Origin: the human T2T-CHM13v2.0 reference genome, Homo sapiens
Reading direction: 5' to 3' (one strand)
NCBI RefSeq assembly: GCF_009914755.1
Contig: NC_060939.1
DNA: 64,000 nt
In this document: in pieces, positions 41,400 to 54,779 of the stretch
How positions within the stretch are numbered: position 1 is the stretch's first letter
How the letters are laid out: the number at the start of each line of letters is the position of its first letter
Program-made: the position numbers and the translations under genes
The notes under the pieces: generated by a model
What the model saw: the letters and a program-made list of their open reading frames with translations, nothing else
What the model was told of the DNA's origin: nothing
Databases searched by the model: none

Positions 41400-44300
41400 T
41401 AAATATTATATGCCATGAGGCAAGAGAAAAATGGCAGCTCAAAGAAAGCTTATTTAAGCAAGAAAACCTTATAGTAGTGAGCTTTGAATTGAGATTTTAA
41501 AGAGAGATTTAGCTGAGTGACAAAGGGATAATGCATGCAGAGAGGGAAGGATAACATGGAGGTAGGAGGAGATATTCACTCTGGGAAACCATCGATAGTT
41601 CAAAATCGATGAAGCATAGGGAGTATTCCATTGACTACCTATCTTATAAGCCTCATTTTCCCCCAAGGACAGATTGTGTCAGGGTAAGCAGTTTAAATTT
41701 TATTTTGAAGCATGGGGAGCAACTCCAAAGTTCACAAGGAAAGTGTAATATGATATGATTAGCTTTGCATTTCATATATATCATGATGGGACTGTGGACA
41801 ATTGACTGACAAGGGGCAAGACAGGGAGGAGATACTTGTGCTAGATGACTGCTGCAATAATCTACAGCAGATGCTAATGTGGTGACTGTGAGGATAAAAA
41901 GGAGGAAATAGTAAGATATTAAGAAGGTAGAATTAAAAGGACTTAGGTTCTTAGGAACAAAGGAGTATATGAAATTATTTATTACAATTCATTTTTTTGG
42001 CTTGAACAACTGAGCAGACAATGGGGCCAGCCCTTCAGTGTCAGGAAACATAAAAATGGCATAGATAAGTTAAGAAAGAAATGCTTAGTTCTGCTGTTGA
42101 GGTTGAGGGGCTTGGGGACATTTAATAGATGACAGTGTGGAGGTACAGCTGAATACATATACATGTCTGAAACACAGGAAAATGTTGGAGAAATAGACTT
42201 AGTTGTTACAAGAATAAAACTGGTAGTTGAAGTCATGGGACTATTTCAGATCACCACAGGAGGAAGGCTATGGAGGGAACCACAATATATAAAAGGTGGA
42301 GTATACGTGGAAAGCCCCAAAGGAAAGCTAAGGAAGTACTCAGAAAGATTTCAGGAGTGAGTAGCCTCACAGAAGCCAATGGATGACAGTTTCAAGAAGC
42401 AACACACTCTTTCAGAGAAATCCAGAAAGACAGGAGCTGAAATGTGTCAGTGGTATTGAGAAACTAGAAGATTACATACTATATTAATGTGACAGAATTA
42501 CCTCGTGCTTGTTTAAAGGTCAGATTTCTGGTCCCTCGGAGCGGAAATTTGTGGGGATGGAAAAAGAATTTATGCATTTTTTTTTAAAGAAGGTTTCCAG
42601 TGAATTACACCCTCAGGTCTGAAAACAACTATAGCAAATTGTAAACTCTTCAAGAACAAGTACCTTGTTTGTTTAACTCATCATGTATACTTAGTGTTCA
42701 CCATAGCATCTGTCACATAATAGACCCTCAACAAATATTCAATAATTTAAAAATGAGATGAATGAATAGATGGAGAGATGAAAAGCTACTGAATGAAAGA
42801 ACCAAAGAACTAACATCTGCCAAAATCTTGGCAAGATTATTGGAGCTTACATTGTAATGGTACAGGGTAGGTAATACACATGTAAACAGATGAACAAATA
42901 AAATAATTTGCAGAGATCTGCTTTAGCTAGGGTAGTCAGGGAAAGCTTCTTTGAGGAGGTAGCATTTGAGTTATCATTTAAATAATGAGAAGGTATTAAC
43001 CAGTGATAGACTGTGGACAAAACATTTCAGGCAGGGGAAGGTCCTAATGAGAAAAAGGGAGAATAAAGTGTGTTTAAGTAATAAAGAGACCTACGTGGCT
43101 ACAGCTAAGGGAATGAGACAGAGAATAGGAGAACGGTAGAAGATGAGCCTGAAAAGGTGGATAGGATGCTGATCGTACAGGGTCTCACAAGTTGTGACCT
43201 CATAGCTGTTTGGATGTTATTCTAATTGCAACAAGAACCCACTTACATTTTAAACAAAGTAGGGGTATGATATGATTTACACTTTAAAAATACCATTCTG
43301 ACATCTATATAAATAACGGATCATGGCAGGGCAATGGTGGAAGTAAGCAGACCAGTTAGGGGTTGAGGTAGTATTCCAGACAAGAGGTGATTATGGTATG
43401 GTGGTAGTAGTAGAGACAGTGAGAAGTGCTTGGATTTATAATAGAATATATTCGGAAATACAGCAGACAAGATCATGTTAATGAGTTAGATATAGCAGGT
43501 GAGGGAAAGAGGAGTCTAAAGAATTTGGATTTTTGCCTGTAGGCAATGAGGACTCACTTAAAGTTTTGACTGAGTGACACAAATACAGTAGAATATATTA
43601 GCACAATTATCTTGAGGCAAGAAGCAACAGGAATTCTTTGGGAAATAAAATAGAAGGTAGAGGCAAATCTGGAGGTGTCAGTAATATTCTAGGCCTGAAG
43701 TAACACACATCTGAATTAAGGTGATGACAAAGAGAATGGCAAAAAATGATGGATATCAAGGCTACCATCGAGTAAGTAGAGATTGAATTTGTGGTATCTG
43801 TGGGCACTGAAGCTTAGCTGATAAATATGGACCAGAAAGACTTGGGAGTCATCAGAATACAGCTAATAGTTAAAGTCAAGTGAGCAACTGAGATTACCTA
43901 GAGAAAGTTTCTAGACGGAAAATGGAGCCTAAACTAGGAGTCAGAAAAAGAGTAGGACTATCCAGAATGAAAGGAGAAAAACTAGGAGAGTGTGGTTCCA
44001 TGAATGTAAGTAGAAACATTTCAAGAAGATGTGTTTGTAACTGGTAAATAAGGACTAAGAAGTATCTATTGTGTTTGGTAAAATGGGTATCGTGAGTGAT
44101 TTTGGTCAGCACTGTATCCGTTTAGAGGCAGAATGAGAAGACAGATTCCAGGTACTTGAGGCATCTCAGACATGAAGTAGTACTGACAATGAATACAGAT
44201 AACACTTCTAAATATTTTGGTTTTGAAGCAAAGAAGAAAGAGAGGTAGTCAGAGAAGAACTAGGGCGGAGAAAGGGGGTCTTTAGGATGGGACAATCTGT

Positions 44301-44720
44301 ATTATGTTTTGATATTGATATGAAGGAGACAAAGAGAGCGAGAATAAAGACAGTCGAGGGGGTGGGTTGACTGCAAGATCTCTGAGAAGGCAGGTGTGAA
44401 TGGGATCCAAGCACAGGTAGGGCCTCAGCCATATAAATAGGAAAGAACACTTCTCCCAGTTACAGTAAGCAAGGATAGGTGTAGGTAGAGGGAAATTAGT
44501 AGGGGTGGTGCTGGGGTTGGGAGGGAGGCAGGGTGATTTCCTATATCATGGCTTCTATTTCCTCTGTGAAGGAAGATGCATCATCCACTTAAAGTAAGGG
44601 GGAAGGTGAAGGGATTTTAAATTTGAGGAGAATGGAGAAGGAATAAAATTACCATTATGGAGAATGGGAGGAAAATAATTCTAGGGAAATACAAGATTGC
44701 CAGACCAAGTTGAGGAACTT
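41400..44720 (-). mobile_element. Cluster of degraded L2 fragments, mostly antisense; includes a plus-strand L2 end and a MER5-like piece near 42490-42770
   Basis: Motifs gtagtcagggaaagcttctttgaggaggtagcatttgag, gatatgatttacactttaaaaataccattctg, gacttgggagtcatcag. Confidence 0.6.
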
Positions 44721-46158
44721 GCTGAAGAATCATTGAATAAAATGATTTCTGCATTTTGTGTTTAAACATCCTATGATAATACCCAGGTTAACTCATAATC
44801 AACATCGTGGTGCTTCTCAAAACCTTACTTGCCTTTTCTACAAAGAATAGCAACACACTTAAAATCTAAACTTATGACTTCAAATTTCGGAAATAGCTCT
44901 TTTGGCCAATAACTTTGGCTAATGCCACAGTCTCTCACTTCTGAATTTCTCTTTCATTTCCATAAATTTATACAACATTTTGGTAGAAGCTAAATTTAGT
45001 CTGATGGCAGTGAACAGATGTAAACATGATATAATGGAGCTACAGAACAAATCACTGTGAGAAAAGTCCTATCACATAAGCATAGAAAGCAACCATGTTC
45101 CATAAATTGACTTAAATAAATGACATCAAATTATCTAGAAACCAAATATAATTTATCACAATTACATAATCATTTCATTTTTCTTTTAATCTTTACTATC
45201 TGCCTGGAATATACTAGATGCTTAATAATAATTATTAAGGAATTAACACTATGAAAAAAATAACATTTCGGAGATTTCTAGGCATTTGGTACATATTGAT
45301 TCATAAACCATAAAATAATCAATTACAAATAACTCCCCAAAAAAGGTAAAACCCATGAAGTTATTGAAAAGTGTAACTGCTAAGAGTTCATATCACAGCA
45401 ATGGTATTAACAAAGCCTAGAGACAATACTGATGAATTAAGAGCATGGGACAAGAAAATGATGACTTGTTAAAAGAGATAGGTTCTTTCATAGGAGATTT
45501 TCTTTTTTCCATCATCATGGTAGAATATAAATACTCCACATAGTGTAATAATTAAACATTCTAGTTAATGATGCATTGCCAGACTAAACATAACATTTGT
45601 TCTAAAACTCTAATAAAATATAGTACATTTAATAGAAAGAGTAAATGAAAACAACTGAATATTTAATGTTTAGAACATGTTTAGGGTTTCACAATGAGAA
45701 GTTAAGTAGAGTAATTTGAAATCTTGGGATAACTTTTTTTACTATGCTGCAAGTTAATTTCCTAATTGGTAAAAGAGAAGGGGTTACATTAATCTCTAAA
45801 GAAAGTTTCTACTCCTGTTTCTGATGAAAAAGCATGTGATCACAGAAACTATCAGATACTTTAATAGTATAGCACATTTTATATAGAATACGGTGCTCAT
45901 TTTAATAAAAATAGACTTTCTGACAGACTAATTTCTTCTTAGGTATAACTGTGTCATATCTGGGTTAACAAGTTGGTAATTAATTTTTATAATTTTAAAC
46001 ATTTTCATTTCCATTTGAAGTTTAATTTTTTCATAAATATATTATGAATGTATTTGATTTTTACTAAAATAAAGTAAATTTTTTAATCATTGTATCACAG
46101 CATTATTTTGTTTTCTCCTTTAGATGGCTACATTTTGAGATCTAGTATAAATTCTTAC

Positions 46159-46220
46159 CTCTATGAGATAAGGCTCCATTTGATCCAGGGTTTTCCCAAG
46201 ATGCTTATCAGGATCTAAAC
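46159..46220 (-). CDS. DPH6: DPH6 internal coding exon (probably exon 6): (G)LDPDKHLGKTLDQMEPYLIE
   Basis: 62-nt exon with acceptor ...cctttcttggcag (AG at 46222-46221) and donor GAG|gtaaga. The translation is the recognised DPH6 peptide. It ends in phase 0, matching the next exon. Confidence 0.96.
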
Positions 46221-47064
46221 CTGCCAAGAAAGGTTACATTTTTTAAAGATAACTATCAGATAGGAACTTTAAAGACACATTCCCCTTCCCTTGGCCCCTC
46301 CTCACCTAGAAAAGCAGTGTGTATATATTTTGAATTGCTTTGATCATAAAGTAAAATGTACTTTGCTAGTATTTACTTTTCTATTCCCCTTGGGTAACTG
46401 GTTTTATTGCTTCTGAAAAGTAAGTTTCCACTTATTTCAATTGCACTGTGTCAACTACCAGACGCATTGTTTCAATTCCTTTATCCATTTTGAGGAGCAG
46501 TAATTAGATAGAAAAAAAGAGTATCATTTCAATTACATGAAATTTTAATTCTTTATATTTTAATGGTTATGATTTATTTTACTGATGGACAACAGCATTA
46601 ATTTTCTGATTTATCCCTGTTTTATTTAAACTTCAAACTTCTTAGACAATAAGAGTAGAAAATAGCAGTAGACTGTTATGCTTATGTAATTAATTCACTT
46701 AACAGTGGCATATGGGCACAAATAATTGCATTATTAAATTAAATGACATTTCATTTCAATGACTCCTTCGCAACACTGTATTTTTCAAGTAAAGATAGAG
46801 ACAACTCTGAAAAATCATTACTGTGCCAATAGCGTGTGCGTAACCTTTAATAAAGATTCAACTGACATAACAGTAGAGTTTATATAGGTAATGGGGTGTG
46901 GGAGACAAGTGTGAGCAATATGAATGCTTTCCATACACCAAGACTAACCAGCTAGGAAAAAAAATCCCATGTCACAAGTGGGCTATGAAATAAATGAATT
47001 CATTTTGGATATTTACATTCATATTTACATATATTGGCATAGTTTCATTTACAAAAGTTAATGT

Positions 47065-48493
47065 AATGAAAGGCAATACTATAGAGCAAAGACAGTTTTG
47101 TCAACAAATGGTGTGAAATAACTGGATATCCACATGCAAAAAAATGGATCTAGACACAGACTTTACACTCTTCACAAAATTAACTTAAAACAGATTGTAG
47201 ACATAAAGGCAAAATGCAAAATTATAAAACTCCTATAACAGGAAAAAAATCTAGATGGTCTTGGGTATGGTGATGACTTCTAAGATACCTCACCAAAAGC
47301 ACGATCCATTAAGGAAACAATTAATAAGCTGACTTCATTAAAATTAAAAAACCTCTGCTCTGTGAAAGATAATGTAAAGAGAGTAAGAATAAAAGCCACA
47401 GACTGGGAGAAAATATGTGCAAAGAACATCTGATAAAGGACTATTATCTAATATATACAAAGAACTCTTAAAACTCAACAATAAGCAAACAACAATCCAA
47501 TTTAAAAATGGGCAAAAGACCTTAACAGACACCTCGCTAAAGATATATATAAGCATATGAAAAGATCCTCCACATCATATGTCACCAGAGAAATGCAAAT
47601 AAAACAAGAAGAAGAAACCACTACACACCTATTATAGTGGCCAAAATCTGGAGAACTTACAACACCAAAAGCTGGCAAGGATGTAGAGCAATACTATTGC
47701 TGATTGGAATGCAAAATGGTACAGTCACTTTGTAAGACAGTTGGGAGGTTCTTACAAAACTGAACATATTCTTACTATACGATCCAACTGTGGTGTTCCT
47801 TGGTGTTTACCCAAGGTATTAAAAACCCTTTTCTGCACAAAAACCTGCACATGGATATTTATAGCAGTTTTATTCATAATTGTCAAAATCTGGAGCACCA
47901 AAATGTATTTCAGTAGGTGAACGACTAAGTAAATTGTGTATATCCAGACAATGAAATATTATTCAGTGCTAAAAAGAAAGCAGCTATCAAGCCATGAAAA
48001 TACATGGAGGAAATGTAAATGTATATTACTAAGTGAAAAAAGCCAATTTGAAAACGCTACATATGGTATGATTCCAACTATATGACATTCTGGAAAAGAT
48101 AAAACTATGAAGATAGTAGAAAGGCCAGTGATTGCCAGGGGTTTTGGGTAGGGGGCAGACAAGGTTAAATAGGCAGAACACAGATGATTTGTAGGGTAGA
48201 AAAATACTCTGCACGATACTATAATGATGAATACATGTTATTATACATCTGTCGAAGCCTGTAGAATGTACATCACCAGCAGTGAACCTTAATGTAAACT
48301 ATGAACTTTGGGTGATTATGATGTGTCATTGTCATTGTAAGTTCAACAATTTTAACAAATGTACAACTCTAGCAGGGGAGGTTGATAATGGGGGAGGTCA
48401 TGCGGTATGGGGTCAGGGTAAATGGAAAATCTCTGTACATTTCTCTTAATTTGCTGTGAACCTACAACTGCTTTAACAAAATAAAATAAAAAA
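47065..48493 (+). mobile_element. Old L1 (L1MC1-like) 3' fragment
   Basis: Same 3' UTR family as 5040-6860 (gtgaaccttaatgtaaactatgaactttgggtgattatg...), with an A-rich end. Confidence 0.82.
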
Positions 48494-48494
48494 A

Positions 48495-50220
48495 TTTGGT
48501 AAAGTTTCCTTGTGGTCTAGAGCATAATCAAATTTCATAAATGCTCCATTTCTGCTCGAATGAAAGTATGTTTTCTATCTGTTGAAAGCAAGATTATGTA
48601 CCTAAACACATAAAATCATGATCATACTTGTTAATTTTGTTGTTCACATCTTTTATGGCCTTAAAAATTTTTGATCTCCATGAACCATCAGTTTCTAATA
48701 ATAAGATTAAAAAAACACCCATTATGATTTTGGTTTTAATAATCTCTTCTTACAATTCTGTCATTTTTCCTTAATATATTTGAAAGCTATGTTGTTATAT
48801 GTGCACAAACTCATAATTTCTAAAACTTCTTGATGGAATTATTCTGCTTATCAAGAAGTAGTGACTATTTCATCTCCATCAGATTTTTATCTTGTAATCT
48901 ATATGTCTTCTATGAACACTGTGACACCAGCTTTCTTTTGCTAATATCTTTCTTATATATATTTTCCATTATTTGTTCTCAAATTTTTTGTATTGTTTTT
49001 GTTTTAGATGCCCACATATAATTGGATTTCTTTTGTTCCACCCAATCTTATAAATATGACTCCAAAGAATTGAGTTTAATCATTTTATATTATATGGCTG
49101 GACCTGTTTCTACCATCTGAGTATAAATTTTCTGTACATTAAGCTTTATATATTTTTCTTTTATTTTTTTCTGCCTCATACTGAATTGAAAATTATTTTA
49201 ATGTTTTACTCTGCTGATCAGAATGCTATAGAGTGAATTTCTACTTTTCGGATAATCATCTGTGATTTTTTACATACATTCAAAACCATATTTTTAAAGT
49301 CTTAATGTATTAAGTATCTTTAGCATCCTTTAGACCAGAACTTAGTATGTTTTAACTAGGCACTAAACAGGCTTCATCATTACTATTATTATTGTGTTGA
49401 ATTTTTGTTCCATTATTTTTAGCAAGAAAAATTAAGGTTATCAACATATTTACAATGTTTATGCTCACTATTGTTTCTCATTCATTTCTCCTTGAATCAA
49501 TCTATTTCTAACTGAAATTTGTTCTTTATTCTTTCACTGATGATCTGTGAGTGGTATACTCTCCCAGTTTTTATAGGTCTCATAATGTCTCTATGTTACT
49601 CTCACAATAGTTTAGTTGCAATATATTACTTTTGGCATTTGTTGTTCCTAATGAAAATTATGATGTCAGTATGATAGTGGCTCCCATATAAGGAATCTTT
49701 ATTTTCTATATGCTAGATTGTACAATTTTCAATGTACCTATGACACAATTTTCAACATACTTAGTACATTTTGCAATCTTAATTCAATATGTCTAGGCAC
49801 ATGTTTATTTTAATTAGTACTGGACAGCACCTAATGCGTACTTTTAATCCAAAAACTCATGTCTTTCTTCAAATCTAGAGCATTTTCAGCTATTACATCT
49901 GCTTTTCTGCCTTCTATTTTTTCCTTGAAACACCTATTACACAAATATTTCAATTTCCCAATCTAGCCTCCATGTTTTAATTGCATTTTCTATTTTTTTC
50001 CTCTGTCTGTGGCTTTTTCTATTTTTTTCCTCTCTCTATGCCTTCTTGGTGAATTACTTTTTCTCTTTTTTTTCTGCTGCACTCATTCTCTCTTTGACGT
50101 GACTAGCATTTATTCTGCCCACTGAAGTTTTTTTTCATGACTATGTTTCATTTCTAAAATTTCTAATTGGTTTTCACATCACTCTGTTACTGTTTCATTC
50201 CAGGCAATTTATTTTTCTAA
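48495..50220 (-). mobile_element. Ancient L1M(E) fragment
   Basis: T-rich degraded antisense L1 sequence (caccagctttcttttgctaata..., ctcatgtctttcttcaaatctagagcattttcagc). Confidence 0.55.
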
Positions 50221-51372
50221 TAATCACTTTTTTAAACAAATAGATTTTATATTTTTCTTGATCTCTTTGAGGTTCTCCCTCTTGTAGGGCACTTCCCATT
50301 TCTGTTTCCCAACAGGACATGATCTTCCAACTGCTTTTGCCTGCTTCCTGGATCCCTACATTACAGCACACAACTTCAGTCCTGTTCACTACTTTTTGTC
50401 TTTTCATTTCTAGCTAACAGAGATGTTTACAATGTTTTCCAGTACAATTACGTTTTTCACATTTTTCCTTCTTATATTCATCTATGACTGCCATGGGTTT
50501 GGGAAATATGTTAAAATCCAAAGCATGAATATACAAGGTCAGCATGGCTGGAAGTCACTTTTTAGCCTTCCCTCTAACTGTGTGTGTGTGTGTGTAACAA
50601 CACATACATATAACACAGTCAGCATTAGGGCATCATTTAAAAAGTCTCCCATGATTGAATTTGAGAATTTGTGTTTTGCATTCTATGTACGAGTCTGGAA
50701 GTAAATATATGCAAATATATGCCTATAAGGCATGAAAGGGAATTTAAGAGCATAGAGCTTTACACAGGTAGGCACCATAAGATCTCATTTTTCTTGCAGT
50801 CTTTTAATTCGTTGCAGAGTATCAAGCCCCAGTTCAGAATTGTTAAAATATAGAAATAGCAGTTACATCTCATTTCAGAGATGGCTGTATTCCACAGTGG
50901 ATAAAGTTATTTGGGTTGCCTTTAAATATGAGTCAGTAAATAATGTAAATATAAAACACACTGGGCACACTTTCCACATGAACCTGTGATCTTCACACAG
51001 GTATACCTTGGTAAAAATTAGTTGGCCATTTAAACACTTTTCTGTATTCATGAAAGTATTTTCAATTTAGTTATTCTTGGGCTAAGCACTAAAAATTCTA
51101 TGAAGCTAAAATCATTGAAGTAAATAACATTTAAAACATTAGAGAAAAATTTTCAACCATTTTCCTGAGACATATTAGAGATCATTTCACTACAAAAGGA
51201 GATTATTGTAAAACTAGAAAATACCTAAAATATTTAAGAGCCAAATTTCTTTTCTCTCAGAGTTAATAATAAAATAAACTTCATGTGTACCTATAGGTTT
51301 GGTAATGGGGTCTGTGTAAAGTTTAGTGAGGGTGTATATGCTGCTATGATTCATGGGCCTGATGTTTTAGAC

Positions 51373-51569
51373 CATGGGTATCCAATCTTTTGGCTCCCCT
51401 GGGCCACACTGGAAGAAGAATTGTCTTGGGCCACATATGAAATATACTCACACTAACGATAGCTGATTAGCTGGAAAAAAATCAAAAAAATCTCATAGTG
51501 TTAGAGAGTTTACAAATTTGCGTTGGGCCGCATTCAAAGCCGTCCTGGGTCGCAGGTTGAATAAGCTTG
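51373..51569. mobile_element. MER30 (hAT-Charlie MITE)
   Basis: tccaatcttttggctcccctgggccacactggaagaagaattgtcttgggccaca. Perfect 8-bp TSD ttttagac (51365-51372, 51570-51577). Confidence 0.92.
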
Positions 51570-54386
51570 TTTTAGACATTTCACACAGGGCAGAACAATA
51601 GAATCAACATTTCACATACATGAAAGATGGTTTCAAAGGACATCTAAAACCAAGGAACTAGCAGAATGTAAGAAATAAACAATTTTAAAACATATTTTTC
51701 AGAGGTTACGTCAGGTGATTTAGGTAGGTTTTTTTGGCATGAACAATGATTTAGGTGTTCCTATATCATGAGGTGATACTATTTAAACAGACTATAATTC
51801 TTTTCCATAAAATGTCCAGGTTTTAGTAATGAAACTACTTGTTTAAATTCAATATAATAGCCTGCAGACTCTTCTGAATGGATTTTTATACTTTAATTCA
51901 ACACAGCATATAATATTTACTTCTATCAGGCTAACATGTTCCACTGTACTTGATTATAATAACTACATATGTCTTTATCTCCTGATGCCTTGCTGGTTAC
52001 TTTATCTGAATATCTGAATACTTTATCTGAGCACAGTCTGCCTTTGCTTCAATTTTTCTGTTCATTAGAAAGTGACAAGTCATTGGGGACCTCATGATCA
52101 CTGTCCATATGCCATGTACTGCAGACTGTTCATAGAATATATTTTCTTGGATAAAATCCAGAGATTCCTAGCAATTCCAGCTACCGTCCTTGCAAAAGCA
52201 ACGGCCTGAAGCCACCCTGATCTTTGAGATCTCTTCTAAATCATCTGAAACTATTATGCACCGGGTGATATTAGGGATGTTAGGGATGTTGTAGGAAGAT
52301 TATTCATCCTACTCCAGAATATATTCAGATATAGAAGTTTCCTCAAGAAATTCTTTAATGCTTAGCATACCAATGATTCCATAAATATCAAACTATTAAT
52401 ACATGAAAACAAAACTCATAGTAATTGTTTTTATAAGTATAAAGATTGAATACTTAATTTTCTTGCACTTCCACATATTCCACAAGTTTCCTCATTTACT
52501 AACATCTAAGCATTGTATGTACAGCGCTTATAATATTTACTTTCATTTCCCTAAATGGAATAAGGTAATTATTAAAATACTTTTAAAACAAAGATCTGAA
52601 AAAACAGATCTTTTTAGTGTGAAAAATTGTTAGCTTATCTATAATTATGAAGCTCTAAGATTTTAGTTTTTTATTTTATGTATTTTGGTTTTAGTATTTT
52701 CTAACTAGATGATAACACACAAAGATTTCTGAATGATCCTTCTTAATTGAGAATGGAAGGTCAGGGTCATATTAGCATCAATAAAATATATTTCTCAATA
52801 GACTTACTTTAGATTTTTGTTTTAAATGGTTCAGAGAGAAACATTTTAAAAAAAGTCAATGTCTGAGTTAAATTTTAACACAAAAGCTAGACATCACAAC
52901 ATCTCTATTTACTTTACCAACAAGAAGAACCCACTTACGTTTCTAAGCACAACTGAAGAATGATGCTAATATACCAATATATTTGCACTGAAATAATTCT
53001 ATCCTATAAAATCATTTTAAAGTATATGAATATATAATAATATCTCAGTAAATTTAAAATCCATCTTACATATCCATTCCATTTTCAATTTCTAAGCAGT
53101 AGCCATTTAACTGGTAAATGCAGCTGGTCCAAAAGGCACAATTTTCTTTTTCTTTAAATAAACCCTAGTATCTAGACCCAATACAATTTCAGTATGCTTT
53201 AAAAATCTCTCTTAATCTTTGTAATATCATCATTCTCATTTTATTTTACATAAAACTGCATTACATTAAAACCTTTGGAGGAGCTATTAAAAGCCTCTGA
53301 AAAAGCCACAACAGCTCATGGGCTTTTTCAATGCAATTCAACTTTATCTAAAAGCTTCGATTTACCTCAGTCCTTGGAAAAGATTTTTCTTTTTTAAATT
53401 TATTCAATTTAGGTGTCTCTTTTCTAGTAAAGCTTGGGTCGTGAACAGACACAAACTGTGCTTCACCAAAATCCCAGCGGTCAGTACAATTTACCGCTTG
53501 AGCCAGTTAATTATGGAATGTGAGTCTTTATGTATATATCTCCCTACAAAAACCTTTATAATCACTGAGACAATTACATTAGTTAATGTTGACATAAATA
53601 TCAATATCAAGAAATATCAATATTAATGAAGATTATAATCCATAGGATCCATGATGATGTTAAAGTACATTTTAACTCTAATACATGAATATATTACTTT
53701 GAGTTACTAACAATATTTTTGCCAAAGTGCAGAAAAAATTTACTGTAAACTCTGACACCTAGCCATTTCATCATGTCATACAGACATTCCTTGATGGAAG
53801 CTGGGTGGATGAATAAACTCACAAGACCTAGGCACTGATAACTCCATGCAGAATTAAGAAATTAATTAGGAGGAAGAACCATAATTTGCAGAGCTGACAT
53901 CTATCTTACTTTACTTGCATGTATCAATGGGAAGCAATTACAATTCAATTAAAATATTCAATTTTATTACTTTACTTACTGACCTTGAAGTTAATGCCTG
54001 TTTTATTTAATTGCATCATCTATGAATAAATGTTAACCCTACAATGTTATGCTCCATTATTTTCAATGCATTTTTCAACTTCTCAGCTGAATTATATCAA
54101 TTTATTATCTATGTCATGAAAGCAAGTGGAGGTTTATCTCTTCAGTACAGCCCAATACATGAAGAGAGAGACATCACAAAATGGTTAACAATGCTATTTT
54201 TAAGAGTCAAGTAAAGTGAATTGTGTTCTCATCTCAACCTTTGTAGCCTAGAGTTTTACTGTAAAATCAGTAGGTGATATTAGAAAAGGTATAATCACTC
54301 TGAGAAGCAATTTCTAGTCTGTCTATAATTCTTGATAAATCCACTGGATACAAGAACTGAATACCTCATGTACCTTTCAAACTAAA

Positions 54387-54391
54387 ACACA

Positions 54392-54426
<35 letters not shown>
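54387..54426. repeat. (AC)n microsatellite
   Basis: Read directly. Confidence 0.95.
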
Positions 54427-54429
<3 letters not shown>

Positions 54430-54779
54430 TGAAATCTCTTCCTATCTCTACCAGGCTTACTGGCTAACAGAACAAGTAGATACCATTTTTAAAACTCGAA
54501 TTGTTTTGTGGGTAAATATGATTTTTATTTGTTCCCAGACTCCCACTGAACACACCATTATTCTATAATTATTTTTAGAAATAAAATGACAGAATTTTTA
54601 TTTAAAAGAACAGATAAGAAGACTGGTCATATAATCTCTAAAAAAATGAGCTTACATATATGAAAGTGACTATCTCAGGAAGGACCTTATTTCAAGTTTT
54701 CAGATTTTCCATTTCTACAGTTAGACTTAAATGCTTACAGCTCTTAGAGGTTGTGTTATGAGTTATCTCAACACGTGAC

